Assembly (NCBI RefSeq): GCF_009914755.1
Contig: NC_060937.1
Strand: one strand, 5' to 3'
DNA from: the human T2T-CHM13v2.0 reference genome, Homo sapiens
DNA length: 64,000 nt
Below, one piece after another: positions 1 to 16,305 of the stretch. Within the stretch, counting starts at the first letter, position 1. Every line of letters begins with the position of its first letter. Both the position numbers and the translations under genes were made by a program. A model generated the notes under the pieces. It was not told the origin of the DNA, did not search any database, and was given only the letters and a program-made list of their open reading frames with translations.

Positions 1-2032
1 TTCGAGAACCTCCTCCTGATAATCGTGCGTATATATCTTTGCGGATCATTGGCCCATGTTATAGTCAGCTCTGTGAGGACAGACATTTCAGCCCATCTTG
101 TTCACTGCTGTATTCCCAATGCCTGGAACAGGACAGGCACAGAGTTGGAGCTCAGCAAACGCCTGACTGAGTGACGACGTGCAGAAACATATCAGACAGG
201 CATTGTGAAGGGTAGGGTTTTTTAAATACAGACGCTCTGGTGTTTACCTCTTGAACTCAGCAGGTCACCTGGTCTCCCTGTCCTCTAAGCCTAGGTGTCA
301 AGAATTCACCTCCCTGCTTCGAAGCGAGCCCTCTGTCAGTTTGATAATGGCTTTGCATGTCTTCATCCAATGCTGATCAAAACGCAGGACAGAACAGGGC
401 CATGGGCAGTGCCTCCAGGAGCCCCTGAGATGTCTGTCTGGGGAGGCGTGGAGCCGTGAATGGGGATATTTTGAAATCCATGCTCAGCTTCCATGATGCC
501 CGTAACTACGAAGCTGGCATTTCCTGCCTCATCCATGGCGCACACCTGGCTACCAAACCTGAGACCCACTAAAAAGAGCCATGAGCCCACTTTGACTTGA
601 CTCATTATTAATAATTTTGGTAAAAAGGAAATATGCTGTTTGAGATTTTAAGAACATAATTTTTAAGTTAATGCTGGCGATGTTTCTTTTGCATTTTTTA
701 AAAATGTTGCTGACTGAGAACCCAACTCTCACCAACCCCTCCCTTCTCACCGTACTATATTCCTGGAATTCACACTGCAAAGGCGGGTGCTTTCAAAATT
801 CACTTTTTCCCACAAGCGGATTCAGAAATGCGGAGGTTGCCTGCCGCCTTTTCTACCGGACAACATTCCCGAGTTATTGGTGAGCTGGAATGTGACTGAC
901 TTGCATTCCAGGGTTTCTTAAAGTCAAAGGTTGACTAACCAGCAGATTCCCTCAGGGAAAAGAGGCAGTAAATGTATCTTTTTCAAGGTAACATTGCATG
1001 AACTTGTCAAAAGACAAAAAGGATAGAGGGGTTTGTATTAAAAGAAATGATTCCAAGGTACCTAGAAATAAAAGTAATCTTGCTATTCTTCCAAACAAGT
1101 GAGAAGGTCTGTGGCTTTCAATTTTGTGTCTTTTTATGGAATCAACAATGGCTAACAGGTGTGTAGGTCACACTGTGTGCCAGGCGATGCTCCAAGTTGT
1201 CCTAGTTGTACTTTTCAGTGTGTTTACCCCTCTGGGTGACCCTGTGAGGTGGAGATGGACTTGGCTGCGTTTACTGAGGGAGAGATGGAAGCGCAGGGCG
1301 TTGAGTTCCTTGCCCAGGGTTGCCTTTAAGTGGAGGAGCCAGGTTCAGGCCCAGGGCCTCTGGCTGCGGAGCGCAGCCCCCTGCACACTCGGCACGAAGC
1401 TGCCCGAGCAGGAGACGCCATACACGGAAGTCAGGCCTTCTGTCCCTTGCACGTGGGACTTCAGTGTGACGCCCAGCAAAGCCCTCTCCTTATTTTAAGG
1501 AACTTCGTAAGACGACATGCAGAGTGAAAGCTTTCCTAGAAATTCCTAATGCCTACATGATAAAAAGTCCTATTTTCTTCTCATTCTTCTCATCTTTCCC
1601 AATTATAGTCTAGAAAAAAGTGTGTTCTACAGTAAAGCGTTGCTATTTACACAGCAAAGGAACATAGCCATGCCACTTTGTCTTTGTTTGTTCAGGGGTG
1701 AAAGTTTTTAAAAGCCAAATTTTGTTATGCATCCAGCAGACAGGGATGAGAAGAGCCTAATAGGGTTAAAGCTGGGGCTGAGGGGCAGAGTGGGGTGCAG
1801 GGAAGTGAGGCCTCCTCGCTCCCAGGCCACCAGCAGAATTGGCAACCACATTAGTTCCTTCTTTATTCGAGCTTTGGACTCACCTACTTCCTCACCCGGT
1901 TTTCACTAATCCTGTTCCCCTGCTGGAGAATGAGCCCCTTAAAAAGAGAGACCACCCCATGTATTAATCATCTTAACTCCTCATCAGGCCGCATACAGCA
2001 TATGGAGCATTTGGTAAATATGTAGTCAATGA

Positions 2033-2227
<195 letters not shown>

Positions 2228-2538
2228 TAATATCAACACCGGAGACCCAAAGCACCTGCACTCAGGTCCTAGCACACACAAGGGAGACTTCGTTGACGAC
2301 GTAGCTATGTCGTTGTTACTTTTCCCCACTGACTAGTCTTAGCAGCTCTAAGGAGCCCCGCACACATGCTTTGGACACCTTCACAGAACCCTCGCACATA
2401 TGACAGTAACTCCCCAACTAGGTTAGATGGTGCCACGATGGGTAACTGGCATGCTTCCACCTGTGGGTTGGGAAGAGAACGGAGAATCATCAGGTGTTGT
2501 TGCCCAGTGTTGATCACAACTATCAAGCCATTATTTGA

Positions 2539-2907
<369 letters not shown>

Positions 2908-3690
2908 TAGCCTAATGTTCAGATGAAGCCCGGTCCCAGCCGGATGTTATTTGGGATTCTCTGCTAAATGACTCTGGGAACGAATCCAGTAGGCCAGTGA
3001 TTAGGGTGCAGTGGATCCAGGTAGATTAGGGTGTAGTGGGTGCTCTCTGGGGTCCACGCAGGAGCTGGGGATGGAAGCTGAAGCCCTGTAAGCCTGTGAG
3101 TATCACAGCCCCGTGGATGCCACACAGTGAGGTTTAGTTGCTGCAGCTTCGGTGAAATCCATCCTTCAGCGAAACATCTGAGCTGCGCAGTCTGGAAACA
3201 GATGTGAGCTGACATTGCTGCCTCTGTGTCGGGGTGATACATTCCACAAACCTAATCCAGGGTGAGGGCTCACCCTTGACTGGCAGCCTCTCTCCTCTGT
3301 TACTCCAGCACGTTTAAGCCACCTTGATAATCGGCCTTCTCAGCCCGTGCACAGCAAAAGCTACAACTGAACAGGTGAGAGTAGCTGGTGACAAAAAGAG
3401 ATGGCTGCATTATCTGCAAAAATAAGTGACAGCCGTCCCCCAAGGCCCAGACAAATGCCCATGAAAGTCAATAAAGCCGGCAGGCACAGGAGTGTGGACC
3501 CACCTGCCACCCAGTAGTGCATCCCTGAGTCAGCAAAGATGCTCTTTCAGGTTATAACGTTAGGTGACTCAACTTGAGTTGAGAATGACCTGTCTCAGGC
3601 AGCAGGGAAACATGCAGTCCCGCCCGGAGCTTGCTGTCAGAAAAGGCTGTTCTTTCAGCTTCAGCATTCAGAGAATTATGCTTTAAAGAC

Positions 3691-4277
3691 CAAGCTTGTC
3701 CAACCCACGGGCCACATGCGGCCCAGGACGGCTTCAAATACAGCCCAACAAAATTCATAAGCTTTTTAAAAACATTTTTACAATTTTTTGTAGCTAATCA
3801 GCTGTATTAGTTCGTTCTCACGCTGCTATAAGAACATACCCAAGACTGGGTAACTTATTAAAGGAAAGAGGTTTAATTGACTCACAGTTCTGCAGGGCTT
3901 GGGAGGCCTCGGGAAATTTACAATCATGGCAGAAGGGGAAGCAAACATGTCCTTCTTCGTGGCATCAGGAAGGAGAAGTAAGGAGTGAAGAGGGGAAAAG
4001 CCCCTTATAAAACTATCAGATCTCATGAGAAACTCACTCACTATCGTGAGAACAGCATGGTGGAAACTGCCTCCATGATTCCATTACCTCCTGTGAACCA
4101 GGTCCCCACCATGACATCTGGGGATTATGGGAACTACAACTCAAGATGAGATTTCAGTGGGGACACAAAACCTAACCGTATCACCAGCTAACATTAGTGT
4201 TAGTGTATTTTATGTGTGGCCCAAGACAATTCTTCTTCCAGTGTGGCCCAGAGAAGGCAAAAAATTGGACACTCCTG
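3691..4277 (-). mobile_element. MER30-like hAT MITE, split by an LTR insertion
   Basis: ends caagcttgtccaaccc... and ...aattggacactcctg; internal gtgtggcccaagacaattcttcttccagtgtggccc recalls the MER30 consensus. Confidence 0.75.
3803..4183 (-). mobile_element. MaLR solo LTR (THE1/MST family)
   Basis: tgtattagttcgttctcacgctgctat...gatgagatttcagtggggacaca...ccgtatca; flanks tcagc/ccagc are a degenerate 5-bp TSD. Confidence 0.85.
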
Positions 4278-4504
4278 CTTTCGATGTTGTGAAATGCCTA
4301 ATAGGAATATTTCATTCTCTCACAAGAGTGAATATAGGAGACATTGGGAGAAAATAAGAGGTCATAGTCTCTTTCTGTGTGACGTTGACCAAAAGTTAAC
4401 AGCCTCTTCTTTCCAAAGTAGTTTACTTTAAATTCCCTGACATTGCCCCTAATAATCTCTTATAGCCTCCTACCTTCGGGGAGGAAAAACACCATGTTTG
4501 CTAG

Positions 4505-4885
<381 letters not shown>

Positions 4886-5119
4886 CAAAGTCTCTGTTTT
4901 AATTGTTTATTTTTGGAAGATTACTTCTCTTTGACATATCTAGAAGGAAAATCATTGGAGTTATTAGAGGCAATGTCTTCTATTTAAAAAGTAGTAGTCA
5001 CTTCTCTGTGTCTGTTTTATATTATAAAGTAAAATTTTAACTTAATATGCTTTCTACTTTCTCAATTTTTCTTCAATTACAAAACCCACATATTCTCACA
5101 TTATTTTGAAAATTTTTAG

Positions 5120-5534
<415 letters not shown>

Positions 5535-5647
5535 TAGGTTTCTATGAGCATTATATTTCCTAAGCAAATGGTATCTTTTGAGTTTTCTTTTTCTGGAGCA
5601 GAACATGACATGTTAAAAACAAAAGCATACAAATATTCCACTTTAAC

Positions 5648-5953
<306 letters not shown>

Positions 5954-7939
5954 TCCACTTTAAAGAACGGTGATCAAAGGCTAACGTTGCCATTATTCCT
6001 GTAACTAAATTCCATTTTGATAAAGTCACAGCATATGCCATCTTGCTTTTCAAGTCTTGCTTAGTAAATCCGTGGTTTACTAGCATAAGTCAACTGCGAA
6101 CAATTTAATTTCTGATCTGTAGTGTGGGCTGATGAGGAAAGTAATAAAATGAATGGCATCAGATCAATGTTAGCAGCTAAAAATGTTAAAAGCATACAAC
6201 TTAAGTCCTCTAATTATATATATTACCCCTGTGAGACACATGGTTTCCAAATCAACATTTTTAAAGCAAGTTCTTATGCAAAAAGTAGTCCACCATAATG
6301 GCCTTTAGAAAATGTGTGTGTGGTTGTAGTTTAGTAGGAATGACCTTGATTCCCATGGAGTTCTCTGACTTTTCCCCTGGAATGAAATTGTTAGATTCCT
6401 CTCTTGTTAACTACATTTCATCCTGTTTTATAGGTTGCTACTGATGAAAACCAGAGTTTTTAGTCTTTTGCAGCTCCAGTAAAATCAAACCACGAAGACA
6501 GTTTTCTTTCTGGGTGAAATATTTTGCTTCCCCCTGTTCTAGTTCAGTTAGCTGAATTGAGTTCTGGGAAGTTCTGTTCCACGTAGAAAAAGTCAAAATA
6601 GGCCTGGCTTGTTTGGCCAGGGGCTCTTTGTGGAAATCATGTTGCAAACATCTAAGAGGCACACTGCTATTCTATAGGACTTATTTAAAATGACTAATAT
6701 ATTAGAGAAAAGGAGAGCAGCAGGGGGCAGAGGAAGGCTCTCACCCTCAGAGAGCCACTGTGTGCCTTTAGGACTAAATTTGCAAAGCATCCAGTGCTTC
6801 CATTGTAAGGAGCGCCCACAATCTCTTTGTCCTGAATGAATGACGTGTCTCAGATTGACAATGGTGACATCTCTGAAGTGTGTGTGGTTAAATTTCTCTC
6901 TACCTGCGACACTGCACGTCTCATCACACAGAGGGAGAGCTTGGAGACAGAGAACAAAGCTCACAAAAGTCCACAACTGACCGGACACGCAGCTGACCTG
7001 GTCACCGGTCACCCTTTGTCCCCAGCAGTGCGGGGTGCGGCCGCCTCTCCTCCTGAGACGCTGTCTTCTCCCCTCCACTCCCGGGAAATCCCACTGGCCC
7101 CCGACATCTCTCCCCTGAAGTCCCTGCCCCTCCCTGCACTCCCCGCCGGATGAACTCGTCCTCCACATGAAAGTACATGCAGTGTGTGCTGGTCACTCGC
7201 TCGTTTCCTCTCTGGCCCTGTTCTGTGTGCTGAGCTACTAACAGAAACCGTTAACTCGACACAGAGTCAACCCTATGCACGTGTCTCACAAATGCCTCAA
7301 GCTCTCCATGTCCAAAATGGAGCTCTGGGCCTCCTCCGTCCCCACCCCCTGCCACCCCACAGACCTCTCCCTTGGTCCTCACCCTCCTGCACAAACCCGG
7401 GAGCTCCAGCAGAGCCCTGGGCTACTCTGCCTACCTCACCCATTCTGTACTGGCTCCCTCACAATCCTGGCGGGTCCTCCACTCCAGTGCTGTGTGTGCC
7501 CTTGCTATCCACCACCACCGCCCGCGTAGCCTGCTAGGATGGCACCCGTTGTTCCTTCCCTCTCCAGCCTGTCGTCCACACGGCAGACTCACATGGCAGA
7601 CCGCGTAGCCTCCCTCCTTGATGCCCTTTAATGGCTTCCTACTGCCCTCGGGGTAAAAGCCAAGTCCGGTTTCTTCCCCTCCCTTTGTGCAAATCTGCCC
7701 TTCACTCACCACTCTGCGGGCGCTGGCCTTCTGCCTATTTCAGGGCCTTTTAGAAACCCTGTCCTCACTCTGGAGCATTCCCTCCCGCTCCCCACTTCAG
7801 GGGCTCCTTTTTATTCTTTGGGCTTTAATTGAAGCATCACTTCCTCAGAAAGGACTCAGCTGACTACCCCCAAAACATTTCACTGGGCCTCTCCCTGCTG
7901 CTTTTCCCCTGTTCCCCAGCACGGGCCATAATTTGAAAA

Positions 7940-8115
7940 TCCGCATTAGTGTGTTTCCTGCATTGTGTGTTTAATGTGTGTCTCCACGTCTAAGCTGTAA
8001 GCTCCATGAGAGTCCATCGGTTTCATTTCCAGTTGTATACACACAGCACCTCGCACACAGCCTGGCACAGCATAGGCACGGGATAAGTGTTTGATGAGCG
8101 AATGAATGAATGAGC
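7940..8115 (+). mobile_element. L2 3' end (diverged L2 likely extends upstream)
   Basis: gtaagctccatgag...cctggcacagcataggcac...gaatgaatgaatga terminal motif. Confidence 0.6.
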
Positions 8116-9236
8116 TATGGTAAACGTGCAGTGAGCAAACTACATGGGACGGTATCCATGTCCTCATTCTCATAGACATTTATCCTCACCTGGCAGTTCT
8201 CTGACTTGCAAACTCCCGTGCTCTTTTCCAAGCAGATAGCTGGGTTCTTTAAAGTTGGAGTTTTCTCACCTTCCTGTGTGTAACGGCCTCATCCCCTGCT
8301 CCTCTCAGGTTCCATGTAGTGTGTATAGCAACATGCCTTTTAATTTGCTGGGGGAGTGCCATTTGCCCATTGGAGCTCTGGCCCTATTATTTAACAGTGA
8401 GGAGGACAGATAGCTGCAGGGCACACCTGCAGAGCCTGCCCCCAGCAGCAGCTTGTGTGTCTTGCAGACACACACCCTCCTCCTGCCACGAGATGGCACT
8501 CTTCTTCTCCAGTGCGACGGCGCGCTCTTTGCTGGTGTGAAGAGCACCGTGTTTCTTGCACCGTCATCATCAGGGATGCCCCCGCCGGGATCATTGAGCC
8601 CTGCAGGAGCTAGTGGGGAGAGGTTTACAAGGGGAAGGTGGTGGGCGAGGTCATCCAACATGGCTGACCATGCTGAATCCAGATTGGCCACAACATTTAA
8701 TTAGCATAACAGTTATCCTAACTCCGTGTGTGTGCATGTAAGGCATGAAAGAGGAAACAGTGTTCTGGAGGGATGCACACGTGTGCCCCCATTCCCATAT
8801 CAGAAAAAGATCAAAATGGGAAACTGAGTTCATCTTTTTTTTAGTTTTTTGGGGGGGAACCAGAAGTGTGTAGCAGTCTTGGAATCCAAGTTACATGATC
8901 AAAAAATCAAAACTTTTCTTTGGACTCAATGTTTCTCAAAAGGAATAATTGTTATCCCTATAGTTTAATGGAAAAACTAAATTTGCAGACTCTTATATTT
9001 CTTTCCAACCCTGAAGGCTATCGCCACAAAATAGTCTAAGTTTTCTTTTGAAAAAATGTGCTTTTGTTTATGAAATTGGGTTTATGGATCATTTGGGGAG
9101 GCTTGGCTGAAAGCCACCCTGGGCTGGGTGGGACACCAGGCGTCTCTGTGGTGCCCATGCCCTGTGTCTGGGGGGACCCTGGGCATCCTTGATGCTGGTG
9201 CCTCACAACTGGGTGGGATGCCGGGCACCCATGGTG

Positions 9237-9973
<737 letters not shown>

Positions 9974-11240
9974 TGAAATCCATCCCCCACTCACGTGTTT
10001 GGACATGAAAATGAGCCTGCATGTCTCTCCCAGCCTCCTGTCCCCTTGGCGGTGGCACTGAGAGGGAGGCGCATGGAGCCAGTGGTGCTGTCTGAGCACT
10101 CGGCCCCCAGGCTCACCGTCCCTGCTCTCCATCTGCCATCCTCGTCACTGACCTTCCTAGCAGCAGTGAGCCTGATGCTGAGTCCTGTGCTGGGTTAAAA
10201 GGGAAAACAGTTATTTCTTAGGCTGCACTCAGGTAGTGTCTCAAGGGCTCAGCTCCAAGGCATTGTAACAGAGGTCTGTAGAGAGCTCTGTCCATAGCAA
10301 GGTGCTGGTATAGTCACCATCCCTGGTCCTACTGAGACTCGGTAGAGTGACGTGGTTTGCCCGGGTCTCCCTTCCCGTTGATGAGGAGGCGAACTTGGAA
10401 CAGGTGGTCTTTGCACCTGACCCTTTCCAGTCACCTCAGGGACTCTGCCCCTAGCTCGAGGCCGTCCTCTGTGAGGCTCTGTGGGCCCTGGTGTGGTGCA
10501 GGCTGTGCTCCTGCTCACCTCTCCCCTCCCAGAACATGGGGAGCACTTCCTGGGACTTACCACGTCTTGGCCGTTTTGGCGTATGTAGGATGTGCAGTGC
10601 ATTCAGCACCCCGCTGTGGATGGGCATGACCTGAGAGCAGGCACCGCAGGACCTGGAGGAAGTGGGGCCTCCCCACTGGGCATCCTCTGTGCCCTGGGGG
10701 AGCCAACCCCTGCCGCCAGCATGGTGCTGCCTTGCTGCCCAACTCCCTGGGTTCAGCTGTGGCAAAACAGAGGAAGAGAGGTCAGGCATGTCTTCCCTGC
10801 TCACCTATGACCTTTCATGACCTTGGCCTCTGAGGCCAGGGCTCTTGCCCTCCCTGACGGCTCCCTGGAGCCGGCTCCTCCCCTTGGCCCGCAGGCCCAG
10901 TGGTGGCAATCTTCAGCTCTAAGCACTGAATTCCTTAACCTCCTTCACACTCCCCGCAACTCAACCTATGCCTCTGAATGTGGTCCCAGTTTTTAAGTAT
11001 CTTTAGTAAACATCAGAGTCAAATTCTGAACCCCATGAGACTATGAGTGAACACTTGAGTCACTTAGTCTGAGCCTCAGTTTTCCCATCTAAGAAATGGG
11101 GGTCATAGTGCCCATCAGAACAGGCAGTGTCCATAAAGCACCAAGTGTGCCACCCAGCTCTCCCCGCTGCCTGATACCCCTCTCCCCGCCACGCTAAGAG
11201 GAATGCGGAACAAGGAGGCCCTCCTCTCCCTCCTCTGCAG

Positions 11241-11404
11241 GTGACGCTGGGGAATGCAGATGTACAGAAGGCGACGAAGCTATCAAAGGTCTTCCGGGAC
11301 TGCCAGGACCCAAGGGCTTCGCAGGCATCAACGGGGAGCCGGGGAGGAAAGGGGACAGAGGAGACCCCGGCCAACACGGCCTCCCTGGGTTCCCAGGGCT
11401 CAAG
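11241..11404 (+). CDS. COL4A2: COL4A2 exon 22 (164 nt)
   Basis: cctctgcag|GTGAC...CTCAAG|gtgagg; [55 protein letters not shown]. Confidence 0.96.
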
Positions 11405-11589
11405 GTGAGGAGCAATTTCATCATGAAGCTGGCAAGACACTCTGAGGCCTCCCCAGGTGTCCCGTTCTTGCCTTTTATCTCCTAAGTTTACACAGCTTCA
11501 GACCAGCAACACTCATGGACCCAAGGCATGGCTAAACCATTCTAAAAACCCACATACCCCAAGGCGGACTTTCTACACGTCCACTGGTG

Positions 11590-12220
11590 AGACTGAGAAG
11601 GGGCGCTGCTGTGGGAACCGCAGCCGACAGCTCTTGAAAGAGTTCAATAGGGGGTCACCACGTGACCCAGAAATGCCACTCCTGGTGTATCCCCAAGAGA
11701 CTTGAAAGCACGTGTCCACACAAACACACATACACCAATGTTCACAGCAGCATTCTTCAAAATAGGCAGAAGGTGAAACTATCCAAATGTGCGTCACCTG
11801 ATGAATGGATCAGCTAAATCTATACAGCATCTATACCACAGAATAGCCCTGACCTTCACGTGGGAGCAAGGTGCTGAGCCATACCACACTGTGGATGAAC
11901 CTGGAACATGTTATGCCATGGGGATTGAGACCCACACAGAAGGACACATGCTATCACATGGTCTCTCATTCTATTCTTATGAAATGTCCACACAGGCAAC
12001 CTAGAAACAGGAAGTCGATTGGTGGCTGCCACAGGTGGAGGTGGGGGTGGGGGTGGGGAGTACCTGCTTAATGGGAATGGGGTTTCTTTTTGATATAATG
12101 AAGATGTTCTGAAATTAGATAAGAGTGATGGTTGCACAACCTTGTGAAAATACTAAAAATCACTGAATTTTATGCTTTAAAACAGTGAACTTTGTGCTAT
12201 ATGAATTATATCTCAAAAAA
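11590..12220 (+). mobile_element. old L1 (L1M) 3' fragment
   Basis: gacccagaaatgccactcctgg...ccaatgttcacagcagcatt...gatggttgcacaaccttgtgaaaatactaaaa...gaattatatctcaa. Confidence 0.75.
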
Positions 12221-13928
12221 ACCTATCATTTTTAATGTAAAGGACATTATTTATTTATCGAACATTCGCCTTCTGAAGTTTAGCAAGAACTGATTCAGCA
12301 TTGTTGGAAGGCTTCCTTCACCTGATAAAAAGCAAGACCTTTTGATTTTTAAACTGTGCACGTGCTTGTGTGGAGGTGTGGACCCCACACACATCAGCTC
12401 ATGGCCTTTATTCTGTGCCTTATGCAAAGGTCACCTGCAGCAGACCTTTCTTCCGTGGCAGATTTTAGCTGACCAAAGAGTTCAAAGTGAATTTCAGATG
12501 TAGACAAAGAAAGTATACTTTTTGTTGATTTTTTAACTTAAAAAGAGAACTCTGGGAAATTTATAAAGCAAAAAGTTCATTATTTAACATATTCAGCAAT
12601 AGAGGAAAAACAGTTGGTCAGGACACTTGGCCAAGGAAACTTAAAGGATCTGAGCCCACAGCATGGAAGGAACCGCAGCCCCGCAGAGCTGTGTTGCTGA
12701 CGGCCATGACTCCCAACTGCTTCATGGCACGGAGCTGTGCAGGTGAAAATGAGACCCGGGCACCTCGCTGATCCATGCCCTAGGTTTTCTCAGAAAACAG
12801 ATAGGAAAATTCAACAAAAAATAGCAGGTGCTCATTTTATCCCAGCTTAAAAAGGATGCGATCTCTGAATCATGGCTGTCTAGCAGTAAAAGTGGCTCTA
12901 GTATTCAGAAAAAGTGCGTGGGGTGAGAACTGCACATATACCAATGGCAAAGCTAGTAGGATCCTCAGTTGTTTAAAACGTGACCGAATATTTCCCAGAA
13001 GCCAAATGGACCCCATTCTGTGCCCCTGAAATGTCTAAAACCTTCCAAGCACACACGTCCACAGAACTTTTGTTCACACGCCTCTGGCTGTGCCTGGTGT
13101 CCTGCACTGAATTCTATGATTGTGTGTATGGAAACCACACTGAAGTGGGAATACCTGAGACCATTTGGGAGTTTTTTGGTTAGTTTTTGTTTGTTTGTTT
13201 TTATTGTTGTTTTTGGTTTTTAATATCTGTACTGGTAGAGTGGCAGGGCGCTTGAAGTGTGGGAGTGGGTCAATAAGCCCATCCCTCCATCCATATACCC
13301 AACGTGTATTGATCGATTGGGTCTGGTCTGTGTGTGAGGAACTCTCCTAGATTCTAAAGTAATGTTGCAAAGCACTAAATAAATCAAGAATCTGTGGAAT
13401 TTTCTAGAAGGGAAACTCCCAATTACTTTCAACATTGCATTTAATTAAAGCAACTCCACACATTCCCATATTCTTGGAAATAGCGTCAACCAAGATATGT
13501 CAAAAGCTAGCACAGCTCACGTTTGAAAACACAACGCTGATGGGTACCCTGCTCATCGTGGAAAGAGCTAGACGCGATTTTCCAGGCTGCGATTTGAGAG
13601 TCCCTGCAGGCAGCTTCTCTCTAAAGTATCTTTTTCTCTCAACCTTAACCTCAGTGCAGGAAACAAATTTCTATTAAATACCATTTATTGTTCTCAATAT
13701 TATCACAAAATTTTATCCTCCATACCTGGATTAACCTGCTTGGCTCCTAAACGACTGTGTTTTAGAGGAAGCCACCTTGACTTTTAATTCAGTGCTTCTC
13801 AAAAGGCACCGAGCCCGTGGATCCCTGGGGCCTCTGTGGACACGAAGGCAATGATTCAGCTGCCCCGGGCTGGGGCCTGCACATCTGCACCATTGGGCAG
13901 AGCCCAGGGACACTGAAGATGGGCCTAG

Positions 13929-14473
<545 letters not shown>

Positions 14474-14583
14474 TGACGGGTGACTGCCTGCCAGCTGTGT
14501 GAGATGAAAAAGCTTGCCAGCCATCTTCTCAGATGCCCTCACAGTACAAAGAAGGAAGATATTTTTTTGTCTGTTTTCCACAG

Positions 14584-14656
14584 GGAGTGCCTGGCAACAT
14601 TGGTGCTCCCGGACCCAAAGGAGCAAAAGGAGATTCCAGAACAATCACAACCAAAG
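14584..14656 (+). CDS. COL4A2: COL4A2 exon 23 (73 nt)
   Basis: ttttccacag|GGAGTG...ACCAAAG|gtgagt; [24 protein letters not shown]. Confidence 0.96.
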
Positions 14657-14695
14657 GTGAGTTCCTCTCTGGCCACGCGGCCCCTGGGGCACTGA

Positions 14696-14941
<246 letters not shown>

Positions 14942-15506
14942 TGAGCACTAAACCAACCTGTGCATAGGACAGGCTGCTCATTCTGCTCATTCTATTTCTA
15001 ATGAGCAGAAATCAGACTTTTTAGGAAACGGTGAATTAAGTTGGAAGCCAAGCTCCAAATGAACATTTAAAAGTCAACAATCAAAGAAATATTCCTCCTG
15101 GTGTAACAGACTAAGAACCCTCCCCCGCCAAAAAAAGTAGACTATTCTAAAATGGGTGGTGGAACCCTATTTTTCCAAGGTAAATCATGAAATATACAAT
15201 TTCATTTTTGCAACAAACACACACTGGTGTTGAAGGAGGGGCTACCTAGTAGCCTGCAGAGACCCCAGCATCATTTCCTCAGGGGAGGCTGGGGTCAGAG
15301 GCGCGGGAGGCAGCCATGGAGGGAGACAAGACCCCTTCCTGTGCACCCTCCAGCCTCTGAGCCTCTCCTGCCACCACGCCTTTCCCACTGCCAGCTCTGG
15401 AGCATTCTCTTCTCAGAAGGACCTTGCAACCTTATTTCTCACGTCTTTTTTTCTAGATTCCATTTTCCTCCCTCTAGTCACCAAGCCTGTACCTCCTTAA
15501 GCTCTT

Positions 15507-15936
15507 TGTACTGGTTTCCTGGGGCTGAGGTCACAAACTGCCACAGACTGGGCAGCTTAGACATCAGAAATGTATGGTCTCACAGCTCTGGAGGCTGAAA
15601 GCCGACATCAAGGTGTCTGCAGGGCTGGTTCCTTCTGAGACAGTGCGGGAGGATCTGTCCCTGCCTCTCTCCCAGGTTCCCGGAGCTCTGGCATTCCTTG
15701 GCTTATAGACGGCTGTCTTCTCTCTGTCTTCTCATCATCTGTCCTCTCTGTGTGTCTGTCTCTGGGCCCAAATTTCCCCTTTTTATAGGGAGAGCGGTCA
15801 TATTGGAATGGGCCCATCCTAAAGACCTCATCTGACCTTGAGCACCCTCAAAGACCTTATTTCCAAATAAGGTCACATGTCTAGGTCCTGGGGGTTAAGA
15901 CTTCAGCATCATTGGAGGACGATTGAAGTCATAATC
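15507..15936 (-). mobile_element. MLT1-type MaLR LTR
   Basis: tgtactggtttcctggggctg...tctcacagctctggaggctg...caaagaccttatttccaaataaggtcaca. Confidence 0.75.
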
Positions 15937-16050
15937 CTCTTTCTCCTCCTCAGAGCCTCACGCCTGAATTCTATTCGCAGCTTATTTGCCTCATTCCATA
16001 ACCCATGTCTTCTCTAGTTTTAACGTGGGTCATGTCTGTAATAACACTCT

Positions 16051-16305
16051 TGAGTGCAGTGGTACAATCAAAGCTCACTGCAGCCTCGAACTTCTGGACT
16101 CAAGCCATCCTCCTGCCTCAACCTCCCGAGTACCTGGGACCACAGGTGCACACCAGCACACCCACCTAATATTTTTAAAATTTTCTGTAGAGATGAGATC
16201 TCTCTATGTTGCCCATGCTGGTCTCAAACTCCTGGGCTCAAGTGATTCTCCTGCCTTGGCTTCCCAAAGCACTGGTTTTATAGACATCAGCCACCACACC
16301 CGGCC
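16051..16305 (-). mobile_element. Alu (AluJ-like, partial)
   Basis: gagtgcagtggtacaatc...ctcactgcagcctcgaac...cacacccggcc. Confidence 0.85.
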
